DNA of 64,000 bases from Octopus vulgaris (GCA_951406725.2 OX597817.1:57226001-57290000); one strand, 5' to 3'; positions 18,006 through 32,026 are shown, counted from the stretch's first letter. The notes: generated by a model from the letters alone, not told the origin. A program made the numbers and translations.

Positions 18006-19721
18006 TGAAGTCAAATGCTACCCAGCAACTTTAAGACCAATATTTATATCAAACTTCACACATTATACAAATAAATATGGTATTTACATGAAGTATTTAG
18101 TCCACTGGAGCTTTGAAGGCCATGTCTATGTGGGGGCAGTTATCTGAGAAGTCACAAAAACCTAAGAATAAACTATTAATTAACAGCCCACCCCACACAT
18201 CCGGCCTTCGCAGATATAGAGGACCAAAAAGCTTCATGTGAACATGGACTCTTATATCAAAGTGTAACAGTTAATTCATCCACATCACAAAAATAATGTT
18301 TCCTCCCATAACAAGAAGTCTGTAGCACAAAACATTGGCCCTTTCCCCACTTCTTTCTGAGAACTGTATTTACTCCAACTAAAACGATGGTCTCTGCTGA
18401 CTCAAATCCTCGATGGTTTTCTCTCATTAATTATGTTTATACTTTGGGTTTCTCTGTGGACTATCAGACAACTTGTATATCATTGTTTTGGTTAAATTAA
18501 GGATAGGTGTGGCTCTGGAGAAGAACAACTGTAAAAATATTAAGTATGGGATTGTGGTGGAGGAAATGACAAGGAGAGGAGAAGAGTGAATATAGAGTGA
18601 GAGGTAAAAACAGGGAGACACAAGACATGTCTAGTGATGACACTGGGTGACAAGGACATGTGTATTAATTGGAGACAAGAGATGGGTCGACCAACAGTTG
18701 TCCTGTAGGTGGAAATAGTCATTCAGAGAAATGCTTCAGTTTAGAGAACCGGTTTATCCTTTGACAAGATGGATGTTACAGTTAAAAATTTACACACTAA
18801 ATACATATATACATACACACACATTTATATACATTCACATATAAACACACATGCACACACATATACATTCACATATAAACAGATATATACACATATGTCT
18901 GTAAATAATATATATACATACATACATAAACACTTGTATATATAAATACATATACATACACATTTATACACATCTATATATACACTTACATATACCAATA
19001 TATATACAGACATATAAACATATATGCACACACACATATATATACATACATACATATAAATACATACATACAGTACATACATATACAAACATGGATACAT
19101 GTAGACACATATATACATACATAGGTTGGAATACATCAGGGATATCACAATGTAATTTGACCAACCGGAAGACAGATGGAGTTTGAAGTAAACAGTAATA
19201 ATTTCTCCATCTTGGCAGCCAGTTTAGAAAGACAACAAACAACTTTTCTAGTTAGACACAAGTTAGACAGATTACAAGAGAACAGATGCCAATGCGGAGG
19301 TGAATCCTTGGAGACTGGATGCAAATTCATCATCTCACAACAACCCACTACTACCACCAACACCACCGCCACTGAATCTACTGCCACTACATAATAACCT
19401 ATCACAATAACTGTGCACCACAGCAGCCCTTTTTGTTCTCTTTCTTCATCAACTAATTAAGTACTATTCACATATTTACAAGAAATCTTGCAAACAATGT
19501 CTGTGAGTCAATAACCAGTAGAACTAGTATAACATATGGCAATTCTTTTTAGAACGGCATAAACATCACAATTCATATACCCCTCTCTCTCTGCTCTATG
19601 GAGCTGGGGTAATCCCATCTCAATGGTCCCACAAGTATCATCATGCATAAAGCCAACCAGATACACCAGTGACCACTCCATAACTGGTGGTCCCGTGCCA
19701 GCCCCTCAGCATCCTCTAGAG

Positions 19722-19924
19722 CAGGGGTCTCCAAAGTGGTCAATATCGACCCCTGGGGAGGGGGGACAATGGGACTATTCAAGGGGTCGATAAATGCACA
19801 TCTACATTATTATTATTATTACTATTACTATTATTTATTTCTTGTACATGCCTGGGGGTGGGGTCAATGAGGGTTCAAGCATTCCATGAAAGGGTCGATG
19901 GTCTAAAAAGTCAGGGGACCCTTG
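19722..19924. mobile_element. hAT (Charlie-like) MITE
   Basis: Termini CAGGGGTCTCC...GGGGACCCTTG; 8-bp TSD ctctagag/ttctaaag. Confidence 0.75.
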
Positions 19925-20046
19925 TTCTAAAGTAACATCAAGCCTCTGGTGATGCAAAAACATAAGAAAACCATTTGATCCATGATGAGAAAACCTTCAA
20001 TCAAGACAAAAAAAATATCTAACATAAAAAAATGAAGGATGGTTAC

Positions 20047-20100
20047 TTGCAGATTCTTCTGATGCTCCAAGAAGAATGGTGCACACCAAGTTTCGAGCAA
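20047..20100 (-). CDS. Candidate 54-nt internal exon (frame unresolved; phase 0 reads LLETWCAPFFLEHQKNLQ)
   Basis: Acceptor ...ccattgcag, length a multiple of 3, open in all three frames, but weak donor CAA|GTAACC. Confidence 0.25.
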
Positions 20101-21087
20101 CTGCAATGGTTTTAGGAGTAGTGAGTAATGAAGGTCATAAAGTTACTCTATTCAATTAATTATTTCAAATACATTAGTAATATATTCCTGATTGGTTTTT
20201 CGTTTTTGCTTGGCTCAAGCTCGTATGTCAGATAATTTGAAATATCAAGCAACTGACATAAGGTGACACTATCACTGCATTATTCATTTACTCCTAGATA
20301 GAGGTAGGCACATTATCTTAACTGCTTTTGACTCCTTAGTTGAACAGGGGAGCTCTGAGTCAATTAAGGTGTCTCTACAGCTTCACAGGACAAGTTGAGA
20401 AATTGCAGCCAAAATATCCCTCAAATCACACTCTGCTATCTTAAAAAAAAAAATAAAAAAGACAAACTGGATATGCCCAAATTAGACAACATAATATACA
20501 GGCTTGGACAAGGAGTTATTATACATTTTGGTGCCCTTCCTGTCACCAACTCTTACCTATATTTCAAGTAGAGATTTTATATTCTTCAGATCTCTGAAAA
20601 TACAATGACCTGCTGTAATGTTAACAAGGAGTGTAAACATCAACGCCATTTCACCACAAACTGTTACAAACAAAATATCAGCATATACATGATGAGCTTC
20701 CTACAGTTTCCATCTAAAAAATTCACTTGCAAAGTATCAGTCAGCCCAGGGTTACAATAGAAAACACTTCCCCAAGATACTGTGGAGTGAGATTGAACCT
20801 GAAGCCACACGACACACAGCTGTGCTTAGGGAAAAATTTAGAAAGGTCATAGCTGGATCAGAAAAGGACCTGGGACTAACCTACAACAGGGCCACTACAG
20901 GATGTTTATTTATAAAAATCATCACAGACCCCTACCAACACTTTGCTAAAATTAGGAACAGAAATTGAATAGCCATGCATATATAACACCGTGGCAAAGA
21001 AATGACATTTAGAGTAGAAATGTTCTGTCCCAGGAGGGAGCAAAGGAGGGTGGTGAAGAGACCAAATCAACAGCGCATAAAACAAAG

Positions 21088-21345
21088 TCATCATCATCGT
21101 TTAACATCCGCTTTCCATGCTAGCATGGGTTGGACAGTTCGACTGGGGTCTGGGAAGCCAGAAGGCTGCACCAGGCCCAGTCTGATCTGGCAGTGTTTCT
21201 ACAGCTGGATGCCATTCTTAATGCCTACCACTCTGGGAGTGTAGTGGGTGCTTTTTACGTGCCACCGGCACAGGTGCCAGGGGAAGCTGGCAACGGCCAC
21301 ATTCGGATGGTTCTTTTACATGCCACCGGCACTGGTATCAACTGC
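21088..21345 (-). mobile_element. SINE family B copy
   Basis: Same consensus as 15270-15740. Confidence 0.85.
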
Positions 21346-22954
21346 AATTTCCAGCTCTGTAATATTCAATTATGTCTTTCCACATTCCAAACTTGGATCT
21401 TACCAAAGTCAACTTCATCTTTCGTCAGTCGATAAAACCGTACCAAATCAAAGACCACAAGTTAACATGATTATTGACAATTTATGACTTGGTGCCTGTC
21501 TTATATTATTAATCAATATTACAGTCCAAATACAGGCTGGTCACTCAGTTGCTTCCATATCTTAGCCATGTACCTCATGCATTTCTAAACCAAAAGATTC
21601 AACATGAAATCTAGTAGGAATACAGGTTTCATGTAGTCCAGCCTCTCTCATTAACCAATTAAGCACGAATAAAGTCGTTTATAACTAACACACTAACCAA
21701 GTCAACATACTAATTAGTGAAGAGAATCTACACAACAGCACCATCATCATTATTACTACTACAATCATCATCATCATTATTATTATAATTATTGCAAGGA
21801 GATGGCAGAATTGTTAGCATGCTGGACAAAATGCTTGGCAGCATTTCAACCATCTTTCAAATCCTGCCATGATCAACTTTGCCTTTCAGCCTTTTGGGAT
21901 CAATAAAATAAGTACCAGTTGAACACAGGAGTTAATGTTACTCAACTAGCCCCTTACCCAACAAAAAACCTCAGGCCTTGTGCCTATAGTATTATTATTA
22001 TTACTATAAAGGTGACAAGCAAGCAGAATTGTCAATGTCAGAAAAAAAAATACCTTGTGGTATTTGTTCTAGCTCAATACCTTTCAAAATTTGACCAAAT
22101 TTTTGCTTTTTATCCATGTGGAGGATGACAAAAAATACCAGTCATGTACTGGAGTCAATAGCATTAGGGATAAGACCACCAATAGTTTTTTAGCATGTGA
22201 ACACAGTATTCATGCCTGTTGCATCCCAGAAAGTTAGTCCTTCTTCCACGTGTGCATTCTTGTTTGGGTTTTCTTTCCAATGGACAGTTTTGTTTGCAAC
22301 AGCACACCTGTTTCTTTCTTCTCTCTCTCTCTGGCCAGGTAATCTTGTACTTCCTCTAAAGCAAGAGCCTATTTTGGTCTCTCTGTCTCACTATAGCCTT
22401 TCATCATCTGACATGAGATCACCTCCTCCAATGCCCCCTCCCAACTCAAAAGATTTTTGCCTTGGTGACCCTGTCAGTGCAGGTGCCACTTAATAAGAAT
22501 CCAGTCTACACTGTAAAGTGGTTGGCATATTTGGAAGGGCATTCAGCTGTAAAAAAAACTTGCCAAAACTGACCTCGCCTGTGCTTGTGCCATGCAAAAA
22601 GCACTCAGTCCACTCTGCTGGGTGGTTGGTGTTAGGAAGGGTATCCAACTGTAAAAATTCTGCCAAAACAGTTACAGAAGTCTGGTGCAGGCTCCTGCCT
22701 GGCCAGCTCCTGTCAAACTGTCCCACCCATGCCAGTATGGAAGGCAGACATGAAACGATAAGGATAACTCTTATCCAAGTAAAACAAGTTCTTTTCTTCA
22801 CTTGAATCTGGTGGGATATATTTTGTTAGTCTAGTACTCATGGCCCAAATTACAATTACGACAAATGATGTTAACCCCTTCCCCTCAAAATTGTTGGTCT
22901 TCTGCTTAAATTAGAAAATCATTATCAGTGTAATTACCATCATTATTAATATTA

Positions 22955-23234
22955 TTGGAGTAAAGATTGTTTGCTAGCATAACATGGCAGTCCTGGTTTA
23001 GGACAAAAGTTGCTGTAATTTAGCCCCAGGAGAAAACATCTCCAGCTGGCTATACAATCCGATCTGTGTCCTTATATTTTCGAACAAGGGAATCTAGCAC
23101 CCCGACTCAGCTCAAAGCAATATCCCTGTATCGCAATTTCCAGGCTATTTCCCTTCATCCTGGGGCTAAATTACAGCAACATTCGTCCTAAACCAAGACT
23201 GCTATGTTATGTTGGCAAACAATCTTTACTCCAA
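22955..23234. mobile_element. Foldback/MITE-like element with 77-bp inverted arms
   Basis: 22955-23031 is the reverse complement of 23158-23234 with 6 mismatches; 126-bp spacer. Confidence 0.85.
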
Positions 23235-24179
23235 AGTACTGCTGCTGAATATCATTGTGAGATTTTAAAATATTAATTTTCTAATTACTATTATTATTAT
23301 TATTATCATCATCATCTTTGCCTTTTGTATTTCCAGGGTTGATGAAATAAATATATGTTGAACACTAGGGTCAGTGTAACCAACTTACTCCCTGCCACAA
23401 AATTTCAGACATTGCCTTTGGTGGGAAGATCATCACCATCATTGCCACACAGGTAGACTTCAGTTTTCAACCGCCAAACAAAATGACCACTAGGATCAAT
23501 CAATAAGGTATCAATAATATACTGCAGCTAGATCAATACACTAAGCATTCAACAATACGAAATATAGACCCATACCTAATCAATTCCTCGTCAATCAGAA
23601 GTCAGTCAGAAATGCAGTAGAAATGGTGGAGAGCCAAACTAAACATCTTGTTATATTTATTGTCTTCCCTCTTCATTCCAAGTTTCAATCTCTTTAGGGT
23701 TAAATACCAGACATCTATTGGGGGAAGGGGTCAATTTGACTGACTATAAATTCATAGCAAACAAATGGTTCAGTAGCCTTCAATGGTACAAAGTGGTACA
23801 AAGAAAAATAAAACAACCAAGTCTCCAGCAAGTGCAAGCTGAAACCATTTTGGGTTCCAATTGGCACTGATTCAATTATGCTGTTAATACTTCCTGGAAA
23901 ACCATGAGCACCACAACTTTCCCTTGCAACACAAGACAGAGAGTCAGAAAACTGGTAACAGCTGAATGAATTGTTAAAAGAGTTCCTGATTTGGGGCTTC
24001 TCTGATAGAAGGGGACACACAAGAATATGTAGAGTGTTGCCATTGTGGTGTTACTGTCATGGTATCCCAAACATCGACAATATTTTATAACCAGCACCTA
24101 GATGTCAACAAGTATCATGTGACAATAAACAATGGCTTGTTGGAAACAGTAAGAGCAGTATTCTTTAAATGATATTTCC

Positions 24180-24658
24180 TTAACCCTTTGGCTTTTAGAC
24201 TGGCCATATCAGGCCCAAATATTCCACCCATTTTTTTTTTCCTTTTTCTTTTCTACTCTAGGTACCAGGCCTGAAATTTTGGGAGAGGGGGCCAGTTGAT
24301 TAGATCGACCCCAGCACTCACCTGGTACTTAATTTATCAATCCTGAAAGGATGAAAGGCAAAGTCGACCTCAGCGGAATTTGCACCCAGAACGTAAAGAC
24401 AGATGAAATACCGCTAAGCATTTCACCCAGTGTGCTCATGTTTCTGCCAGCTTGCCACCGTTATTCCACCCATTTTATGTTCAAACTGACCAGGTCCAGC
24501 CTCTTGCACCTTATCCCACGATATCATTAAAAGTAAGCAATCATCTCATAGAAATCTTGAAGCTACAAGATAATGCATGTTTAATCATGATTAATTCAAA
24601 CCAATTTGGATAAATAAGCATTATGTTTGACAGAGTAATCTGATTGCTAAAGGGTTAA
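24180..24658. mobile_element. piggyBac-type MITE with nested family A SINE (about 24235-24461, minus strand)
   Basis: TTAACCCTTT...AAAGGGTTAA ends; the nested SINE is flanked by the 15-bp TSD tattccacccatttt. Confidence 0.85.
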
Positions 24659-26689
24659 ACAGCAACAATAATGAGTGAATGACTATATGTGTGTGTCTAC
24701 AAAACATATACACACATATATATAAGAATACACGTGCTTGTGTGTAAGCATACATAACATACGACTTCATTGCTTGAACAAGGTGGCGGACTCTCTTCTA
24801 TGACATCAAATCAAAAAGAAACTATCCTTCCTTAACATTTTCTATTTTTCATGCTCCATGTAAGCATATTTGTATAAATACATTATGTGTATATATATGT
24901 GCTTATCTTTTGAATATATGTAGTTATCATATATGTATGTATATACACATATCTATCTATATATAAATACATGTGTGTGTGTGTGTGTACATATATATAT
25001 ATATATATGTATGTACACATATCTATATATAAATACATGTGTGTGTGTATATATATATATATGCACACAACCACATGTGAGTGTGTGTGTGTGTGTGTAT
25101 ATGTGTGTATGTATGTATCTACGCATACATATACACATGCAGGAATGTGTAAATTTCTGTTCCTATGCATGTATGCACATGCATGTGTTTATGTGCAAAG
25201 ATATTCTAGGAAATATGAACATTCACAAGTAATCTCATATGGCAACAATCATCATCATCATCAACACCTTTATAAATATTTCGTCATGGTTGGATGGGAC
25301 ATCACCAGTCATCCTTATCCCGCATCAGCTGCCAGACTCAATATCCCAGTCCTACAACAGCTTGCTTCACAGCAAAGCCTCCACCCTTAACATGCATCAT
25401 TCATCCATATGCTGTACTGCATCTGCATATCAATGCAGTCACCTCTCGATGTGCAGTCAGTCACCTTCTCGTTGTGCACAAGCAATTTCTCTGACTCACT
25501 GCACATCTAGTGAACCAGAACAATTCCGTTCCTCTCTCTCCCGTTATTGCTGCTAACAGACCTCTCCCACTTCACCGCCATACACCACCATATTCTTGAT
25601 AATGGGCCAATGAGGTAAATGAGATAGGTGGGTGTTCAACTCGCTAGAAATAACAGGCAAAATCTCTTCCACTTCTCACCTTAATGACTTACAGGAGAAA
25701 GAACACTCGATGATGTAATCCTAGAACACAGGGTCATGACTAATATCTCTTTGATCACAGATCTGTGGAACCGGGACTAAACAACAAGTTATGACACACA
25801 TAACACGGTTTAAACATGTACAAAAGTGTCCATGGAAACTAGTTATGGTGAGAGCAGCTGTCTGTTAGAATTATTGGTATTAATACTGTCAAGTCACAAA
25901 ACATTGTCTTCATTGGCTGTGTTCCACATTCCAGGAAATTACCAATGTTAATTCCTAACAGGTTTCCCTTTAACTACCAATGTTATACTTCTAAAATACA
26001 CAAAATATTTTAACAATTATTTTATACAATTCCTTATAATATTTAACTATAAAAATATAAGATTTTTTAAACATCAAACATCAAGGGTCCACTTGAGTAA
26101 AATACAAACCAAAGGGATCCATAAGCAAAAAATAGTTAGGGACCATTTAGATTTGATTCAAAGAAATTAACAGTGGAATGGTGGAAAGGGAGAGAAGGGG
26201 TGATTTTTGGATTATATTCAAAGGAAATGACTAAGTCATGAACCTTGACAGATATCTTAGTTCACAAAGAACTGTGTGATTTACTAACATCATTTTCACA
26301 CTGTTGTCACCAAAGTCTTCATGTTGGGATTTCCCCGTGGCACATTTCTGACAATAATGCTAAGATTTCTTTCTGTCAAGCTTCTGTCAAGTTAAGCTTT
26401 GTAAAGTAATTTTTGTTTCTTTTTAAATGCCAGAACAAGAAAGACATTTCAAACAAATGAGATTTTCGTAAGATTAATGCAAGGGTGTTTGTTGTTGGTG
26501 CGCTTGTTTTGCCTTGGGGTCAGCCCTAATCCCAAAGACCTATGATCAAAAGCATTCCAACGTGACCATCCTGTATTAAGGACCACATTATCCAGTATGT
26601 CCTTCGTTTTTCAAAGATGTTTGTATGTGACTTGAGGAAGAACAGCTATTGCTGGTCATCAAGTAACTATATAGTGACTCCCTCATTGA

Positions 26690-27040
26690 GTCACATCGTG
26701 GCACTCCATTGGTTGCAATGGTTGATCCGATCAACAGAACAGCCTGCTCGTGAAATTAACGTGCAAGTGGTTGAGCACTCCACAGACATGTTCACTTAAC
26801 GGGCAGATTCAGTGTGACACAGAGTGTGACAAGGTTGGCCCCTTCGAAATACAGGTACAACAGAAACAGGAAGAAAGAGTGAGAGAAAGTTGTGAAAGAG
26901 TACAGCAGGGTTCGCCACCAACCCCTGCTGGAGCTTCATCGCTCAATAAACACTCACAACGCCTGGTCATGGAATTGAAACCGCAATTCTACGACCACAA
27001 GTCTGCTGCCCTAACCACTGGGCCATTGCACCTCCACACT
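26690..27040 (-). mobile_element. tRNA-derived SINE (fourth head type)
   Basis: Minus-strand head gtggaggtgcaatggcccagtggttagggcagcagact...ggtttcaattcc with A and B boxes, followed by non-tRNA body. Confidence 0.7.
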
Positions 27041-27774
27041 GACTTACATATTGTATGGAGGAGCAGGTAGTCAGCATTTGCCAAAATTAAAAGGTACCAT
27101 TCCATGATGAAGTAGGAATGATTCTCAAAATGAAAAACTGGAAGGTGAGAATAAGGCCAGAATCTTAGAAGAGTCCATTGTAGCGATGGGGGAGAAGTGG
27201 TGGACCAGAAAACAAAAGAACAAAATAAGCCACAATTATTCTTAAATTCTATTGAGTTCATTTTTATAGAAGGTTTATAAATTCTTTGAATTTCTAAATA
27301 TTAACAACACTTTTGTACAAATTATTATTACGACTACCACCACTACTACCACTGCTACCATGACTACTACAACCACTACTAATACTACTGCCATCATTAC
27401 CATTGCTGAATGTTCAGTTCAAAAAGTGAATTTCTGCCTCTTACATTCCTGCTATTGATAAACATTCCTGATGACAGACATGTCAAAATTTAAAGAATTT
27501 TATTTATTTATTTTTTTGTTTTTCACTTCCACTCTTTTGACCCGCACTGAATTAATTATCTAAAACCCGTTACAACATTCATTAAATATTTGAAGCAGCT
27601 ATAAAATAATTTTTGTTAAAGTTTATAACTCCTCCCTCTAAGACAAAAATATCAACAATCTTTGATTAAAACAAAAAGAAAAATACAATGGTAAAATAAC
27701 TGAAATGTTTAAGGACCACAGTGATTACAGGAATCAGGTATTACACATAGGGTCCTAGTATTATACATTAGGGT

Positions 27775-28070
27775 CTTGGCCGATACCAGTGCTGCTTTGA
27801 TTGGCTCCCATGCTTGTGGCACGTAAAAAGCAGCATCTGATCATGGTCAATGCCAGCCTCCCCTGGCACCTGTGCCAGTGGCACGTAAAGAAAGCACCCA
27901 CTACACTCTTGGAGTGGTTGGCATTAGGAAGGGCATCCAGCTGTAGAAACACTGCCAGATCAGACTGGAGCCTGGTGCAACCTCCTAGTTTCCCAGACAT
28001 CAGTCGAACCATCCGACCCATGCCAGCATAGAAAACGGACGTTAAACAATGATGATGATGATGGTGATGT
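27775..28070 (+). mobile_element. SINE family B copy
   Basis: Family B consensus ending in cggacgttaaacaatgatgatg. Confidence 0.85.
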
Positions 28071-28832
28071 TGTAAGCTTGTTTTCCAACTATGTGGTCTT
28101 AGGTTCAATCCCATTCTACAGTACCTTGGGAAAATGTCTTCTATAGCCCTGGTCCAACTAAAGCCTTATCAATGGATTTGGTAGATGGAAACTGAAAGAA
28201 GCCTAGTGCGTGTGTGTAGCGTGTGTGACCTTGCCCTGACATCACATGATGGCTGAAAACAAACATCGTATCATACAAGTGAGGTTGTTTTTTTATTTCC
28301 AGCCTTTCATGAAAAAGGTGTCTGACTGAGGAGAAATAACACCTTACTTGGAAATAGGGGACGGTTGGTAACAGGAAAGGTATTTGGCCATGGAAAATCT
28401 TCCCCAACAAATTCTATCAGATCCATGCAAGCATAGAAAAGTGGATGTTAAAATTACAATTTATGATAAAGGGAACAAGATATAACATAGGAGATGAGGT
28501 ACTGCATGGTAGGGGACAAAACAGTGTACGTAGCCTTGTTTATCAGGGATTCATTGATCAGTGATCCAGGATAACATGGTTATGCTCGACTGTAAACCAT
28601 ATCACACTGAACGAGGGAGTGGTCTGACAATGCAGGGCAGTAATCAGTAGATTATGCTTGTACCACAGAAATGTACCCTAGCAACCACCCACAATGCTCA
28701 GCTAGCCTCAATGCACTGACTATCACTCATGTTTACAGCATTGTGCTGCAAGGCTGTGAATATTTTATTCGGATTTACATACATGTAGCCATCAACATGG
28801 GACCAGTAAACAAAAGAGACACACAGGCATTT

Positions 28833-29182
28833 ACACTATTTACATTTGACAGATATTTGTCCTCATCTTGTTTGTCGCTAACACAACTTTTCGGATGATA
28901 TACCCTCCAGCCTTCATCACGGGCATATGGCATAGTGGTTAAGAGCACGGGCTACTAACCCCAAGATTCCGAGTTCGATTCTAGGCAGTGACCTGAATAA
29001 TAATAATAACAACAATGAAAAATACCTTAGGAATGAGAACCCAGGTTCGAAATTTCCCCAAGACACCTGATGAAGGCTGGAGGATATATCAGCCGAAACA
29101 TTGTGTTAACAACAAACAAGATGAGGACAAATATCCATCAAATGTAAATAATGTATATAATTCCTCATCTCTTAAATATAGA
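28833..29182 (+). mobile_element. Non-autonomous Penelope-like insertion: inverted tail + tRNA-derived head + hammerhead + tail
   Basis: 28832-28919 is the inverted copy of 29068-29155; A box TGGCATAGTGG and B box GAGTTCGATTC; flanking TSD acacaggcattt/acagaggcattt. Confidence 0.75.
29062..29107 (+). ncRNA. Minimal type I hammerhead ribozyme motif
   Basis: GACAC-CTGATGA-A-GGCTG-gaggatatat-CAGCC-GAAA-CATT-GTGTT: stems I and II of 5 bp, core intact, stem III vestigial. Confidence 0.8.
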
Positions 29183-29989
29183 ACAGAGGCATTTGATCTT
29201 AATAAATGACGCAGACAAATGTCTTCTCTAAACAGAAAGGTAGAGATGATGAAGAAAATGTTTGACAGTGGAATATTCACTGCTGTGGGCCATGAGTTTG
29301 GTGAAGCTACCAAAACATGTAATGATTAGCATCAGAAAGGAAATCCAACCATGGAATGTCACCAAAAGGAATTTTATCCAATCCAAGCCAACATTGGAAA
29401 AAAAAAAACCATGTGTCCATCAAAGCAGATCTCTGTAACCCATGTCATGATAACACAGTAAGTTGGTGATAATTATATCAGGAGTCTGTAACAGAGAAGA
29501 AGTCAATGACACAAAGGTTGTGTTGGTTGAAACGAAACCAGTTGTGGAATTTGTGTTTGTAGACAAACCAATTATGACTAGCATCAAAGATTAGCAAGGA
29601 TGAACACAAAAGAAACACTTAAAATAGACGCAACCTGATAAAAAAAAATAATAACATCCACACAGAAATTTGTTTTCACTTCGTATATTATAAATAGTAA
29701 CAATTATATTTTTTATAAACAATTATTTAACAGAAATAATAAATGGGAAGAATAGAATTCTTTCTTTCCACCATCGAAACTATGGCATTGGTCACTAATA
29801 CCTATTGTTTCGGCTGCAGTCTTTTATTAGATCAGACTGTTTATATAATGCAGAATGGGTGGTGGTTGCTGTTGTTCATGTTGTTTAGTCCCAAGATCAG
29901 TTCTGACAAAGGTATTCAACAGCTTTTGTTTGTTTGTCTGTTTTCCCTGCACCCCAGACTTCACCATCTTGTATCCATGGGGTAATAGT

Positions 29990-30446
29990 TTAACCTTTTA
30001 GCATTTAAACCAGCTATATCCAGCACAAACATCCTGTTCTATGTTCAAAGCAGCCAGCCAGATCTGACCTCCCCCACCTATCCTACAATGTCATTCTAAA
30101 AATAAACTATTACATCATCAAAATTTCAAAGCTATGAGATACTGCAGGATTAATTCCATACTATGTGAATAAGCTATATATATAACAATATTGTGTACAT
30201 TAGAACATATTAAGAGGCTTCCAAATAAGAAAGTCTGTGCTAGAAAGAGCAGTAGAAAACTCAAACCACTAATTATGGATAAATTCTTAATGTGTTCTAA
30301 TGTACATGATATTTTTATGTGAATAATATATAGTCTATTGACTATTTTTTTTTTTTGTGCTAGGCCACTGGTAATAATAATTTCTATAATTCTTATTACC
30401 CTAATATTATTTATATGACAGAGTTATCAGAATGCTAAAGGGTTAA
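29990..30446. mobile_element. piggyBac-type MITE (same family as 24180) with nested inverted-repeat element at about 30188-30400
   Basis: TTAACCTTTTAGCATT...AATGCTAAAGGGTTAA; body homologous to the 24180 and 37533 copies. Confidence 0.8.
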
Positions 30447-30554
30447 GGTCTCTCCTCTGAGAATAAACCAAAAGCAATGTTTGTTCCTGTTAAATTTTCC
30501 CAACCACTGAACAGAACTTTGGACAGTCTAAGCTGGTGTAAATGAATGCAGCTT

Positions 30555-31020
30555 TCAGGCAGATATTTTTATACATTGAAATGAGCAGCATAAAGAGCCA
30601 TCATTTCGTCTTCCTTTTCCCACTCGTCCTATCCAAACCTCTTGACCACTTCTCTCATATTCACATCCTGACACATCATCACTACCACCTTCTCCGTTTT
30701 TCAACAGGGCGAGCCATACATCCTCAACGCAACAAGACACCTGGTTTTGTCGCTGTATCATACTTTAACCTTTCATCACCTGGCATAAAACCCACATCGA
30801 TCCTACTCCCCTCAGTTGAAGAGTCTTGCCTTGTGAGTTATTCAGTGATCGTGCTGGTGTTATGTAAAAACCACCCAATACAGACAATAGATAGGGCATC
30901 CAACCATAGAAAATATGCCAAAGGGGACAGCTGAGCTTGATGCCAACCTCTGGCTCACCAGCTCCAGGTGAACTGTCCAACCTATACAAGCATGGAAAAC
31001 AAACATTAAATGACAACACT
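30555..31020. mobile_element. RTE LINE endonuclease N-terminal remnant (minus) joined to family B-like sequence
   Basis: Minus translation VSCCVEDVW...QEVWIGRVGKG resembles the RTE APE motif D.CC.QE.RW...W.G; highly degenerate. Confidence 0.4.
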
Positions 31021-31519
31021 GGTTCTCCTTACCAGTCTCAGAGACCCTGCAAAATGGTCAGTGGCATTGTCTCTCTTCCTCTGATTCAAAAATAAAAGAC
31101 ACACATTTATTAGTCTAATGTCCACCATGCAACAAGCACAGTTGATTTTCTTTCAAATATCCCGATCAGATCGCAGACATGGCCATGTGGTTAACAAGTT
31201 CTGGGATCAATTTCACTGTGCAGCACTTTGGACAAGAGTCACCATAACCCTGAGCCAATAGAAGCCATGAGAGTAAAATTCAGTGAATGGAAACTGTGCA
31301 GTAGCCCAACAAGTGGATTGAAACCTGCTAAGACAATTTTTCCTTCATTCCCGCCTTTCAATAGAGGACCTGTAATGGTCAGAGAATCACTTTTCATTAT
31401 CTGGCTAAATCATAAATAATTTATTGTTATATTTTGGGATGGCATTTTTTCTTTGTTTTGTTTTCACCAAATAAACTCACACATTACATATTCATTCTTC
31501 ACTCGTTTATTATTGAGAA

Positions 31520-31785
31520 TGGGCTACGGCAGTGAGCTGGCAGAATCATTAGCAAGCCAAGCGAAATGCTTAGCAGTATTTTGTCTGAGTTCAAATTCTG
31601 CCGAGGTTGACTTTGCCTTTTATCCTTTCGGGGTCGATTAAATAAGTACCAGTTACACACTGGGGTCTATATAATCAACTTAATCTGTTTGTCTGTCCTT
31701 GTTTGTCCCTTCTGTATTTAGCCCCTTGTGGGTAGTAAAGAAATAGGTATTTTGTCTGTCTTTACAATCTAAGTTCAAATTCTGC
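31520..31785 (+). mobile_element. SINE family A copy
   Basis: gagctggcagaatc...gagttcaaattctgccgaggttgactttgccttttatcctttcggggtcga...gccccttgtgggtagtaaagaaata. Confidence 0.9.
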
Positions 31786-32026
31786 TCACTTCACTTAGTT
31801 CCCTCTAAAAGTCCCAGAGTCACTGAAATAGGTGAGCCTAAAAATTAAACTTCTCAAAGTCAGTAAATTTTAAATATAAACTAAAACCACGAAAACTCAC
31901 CAAATCCACTAAAAGAACCATAAATCAGAAATCAATACAATATTGTTGTGGTGAAGACACACATCTCACTATAAAGGAATATTATCACTGCATAAAAATA
32001 AAACAAACATTTTCAATTACCTAAAT

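Noticed and set aside
23715-24170. Non-repetitive island with two short minus-strand ORFs
   Set aside because: No clear splice sites or homology; could be UTR or decayed repeat.
27464-27500. attc-CTGATGA-cagacatgtc-aaaa-ttta-aa-gaat hammerhead-like string
   Set aside because: GAAA is missing and stem II cannot form without using core bases; too weak.
28921-28995. Possible tRNA gene (anticodon-like ACT)
   Set aside because: Acceptor and T stems pair poorly, there is no oligo-T terminator, and it is embedded in a TSD-flanked element; treated as a tRNA-derived head.
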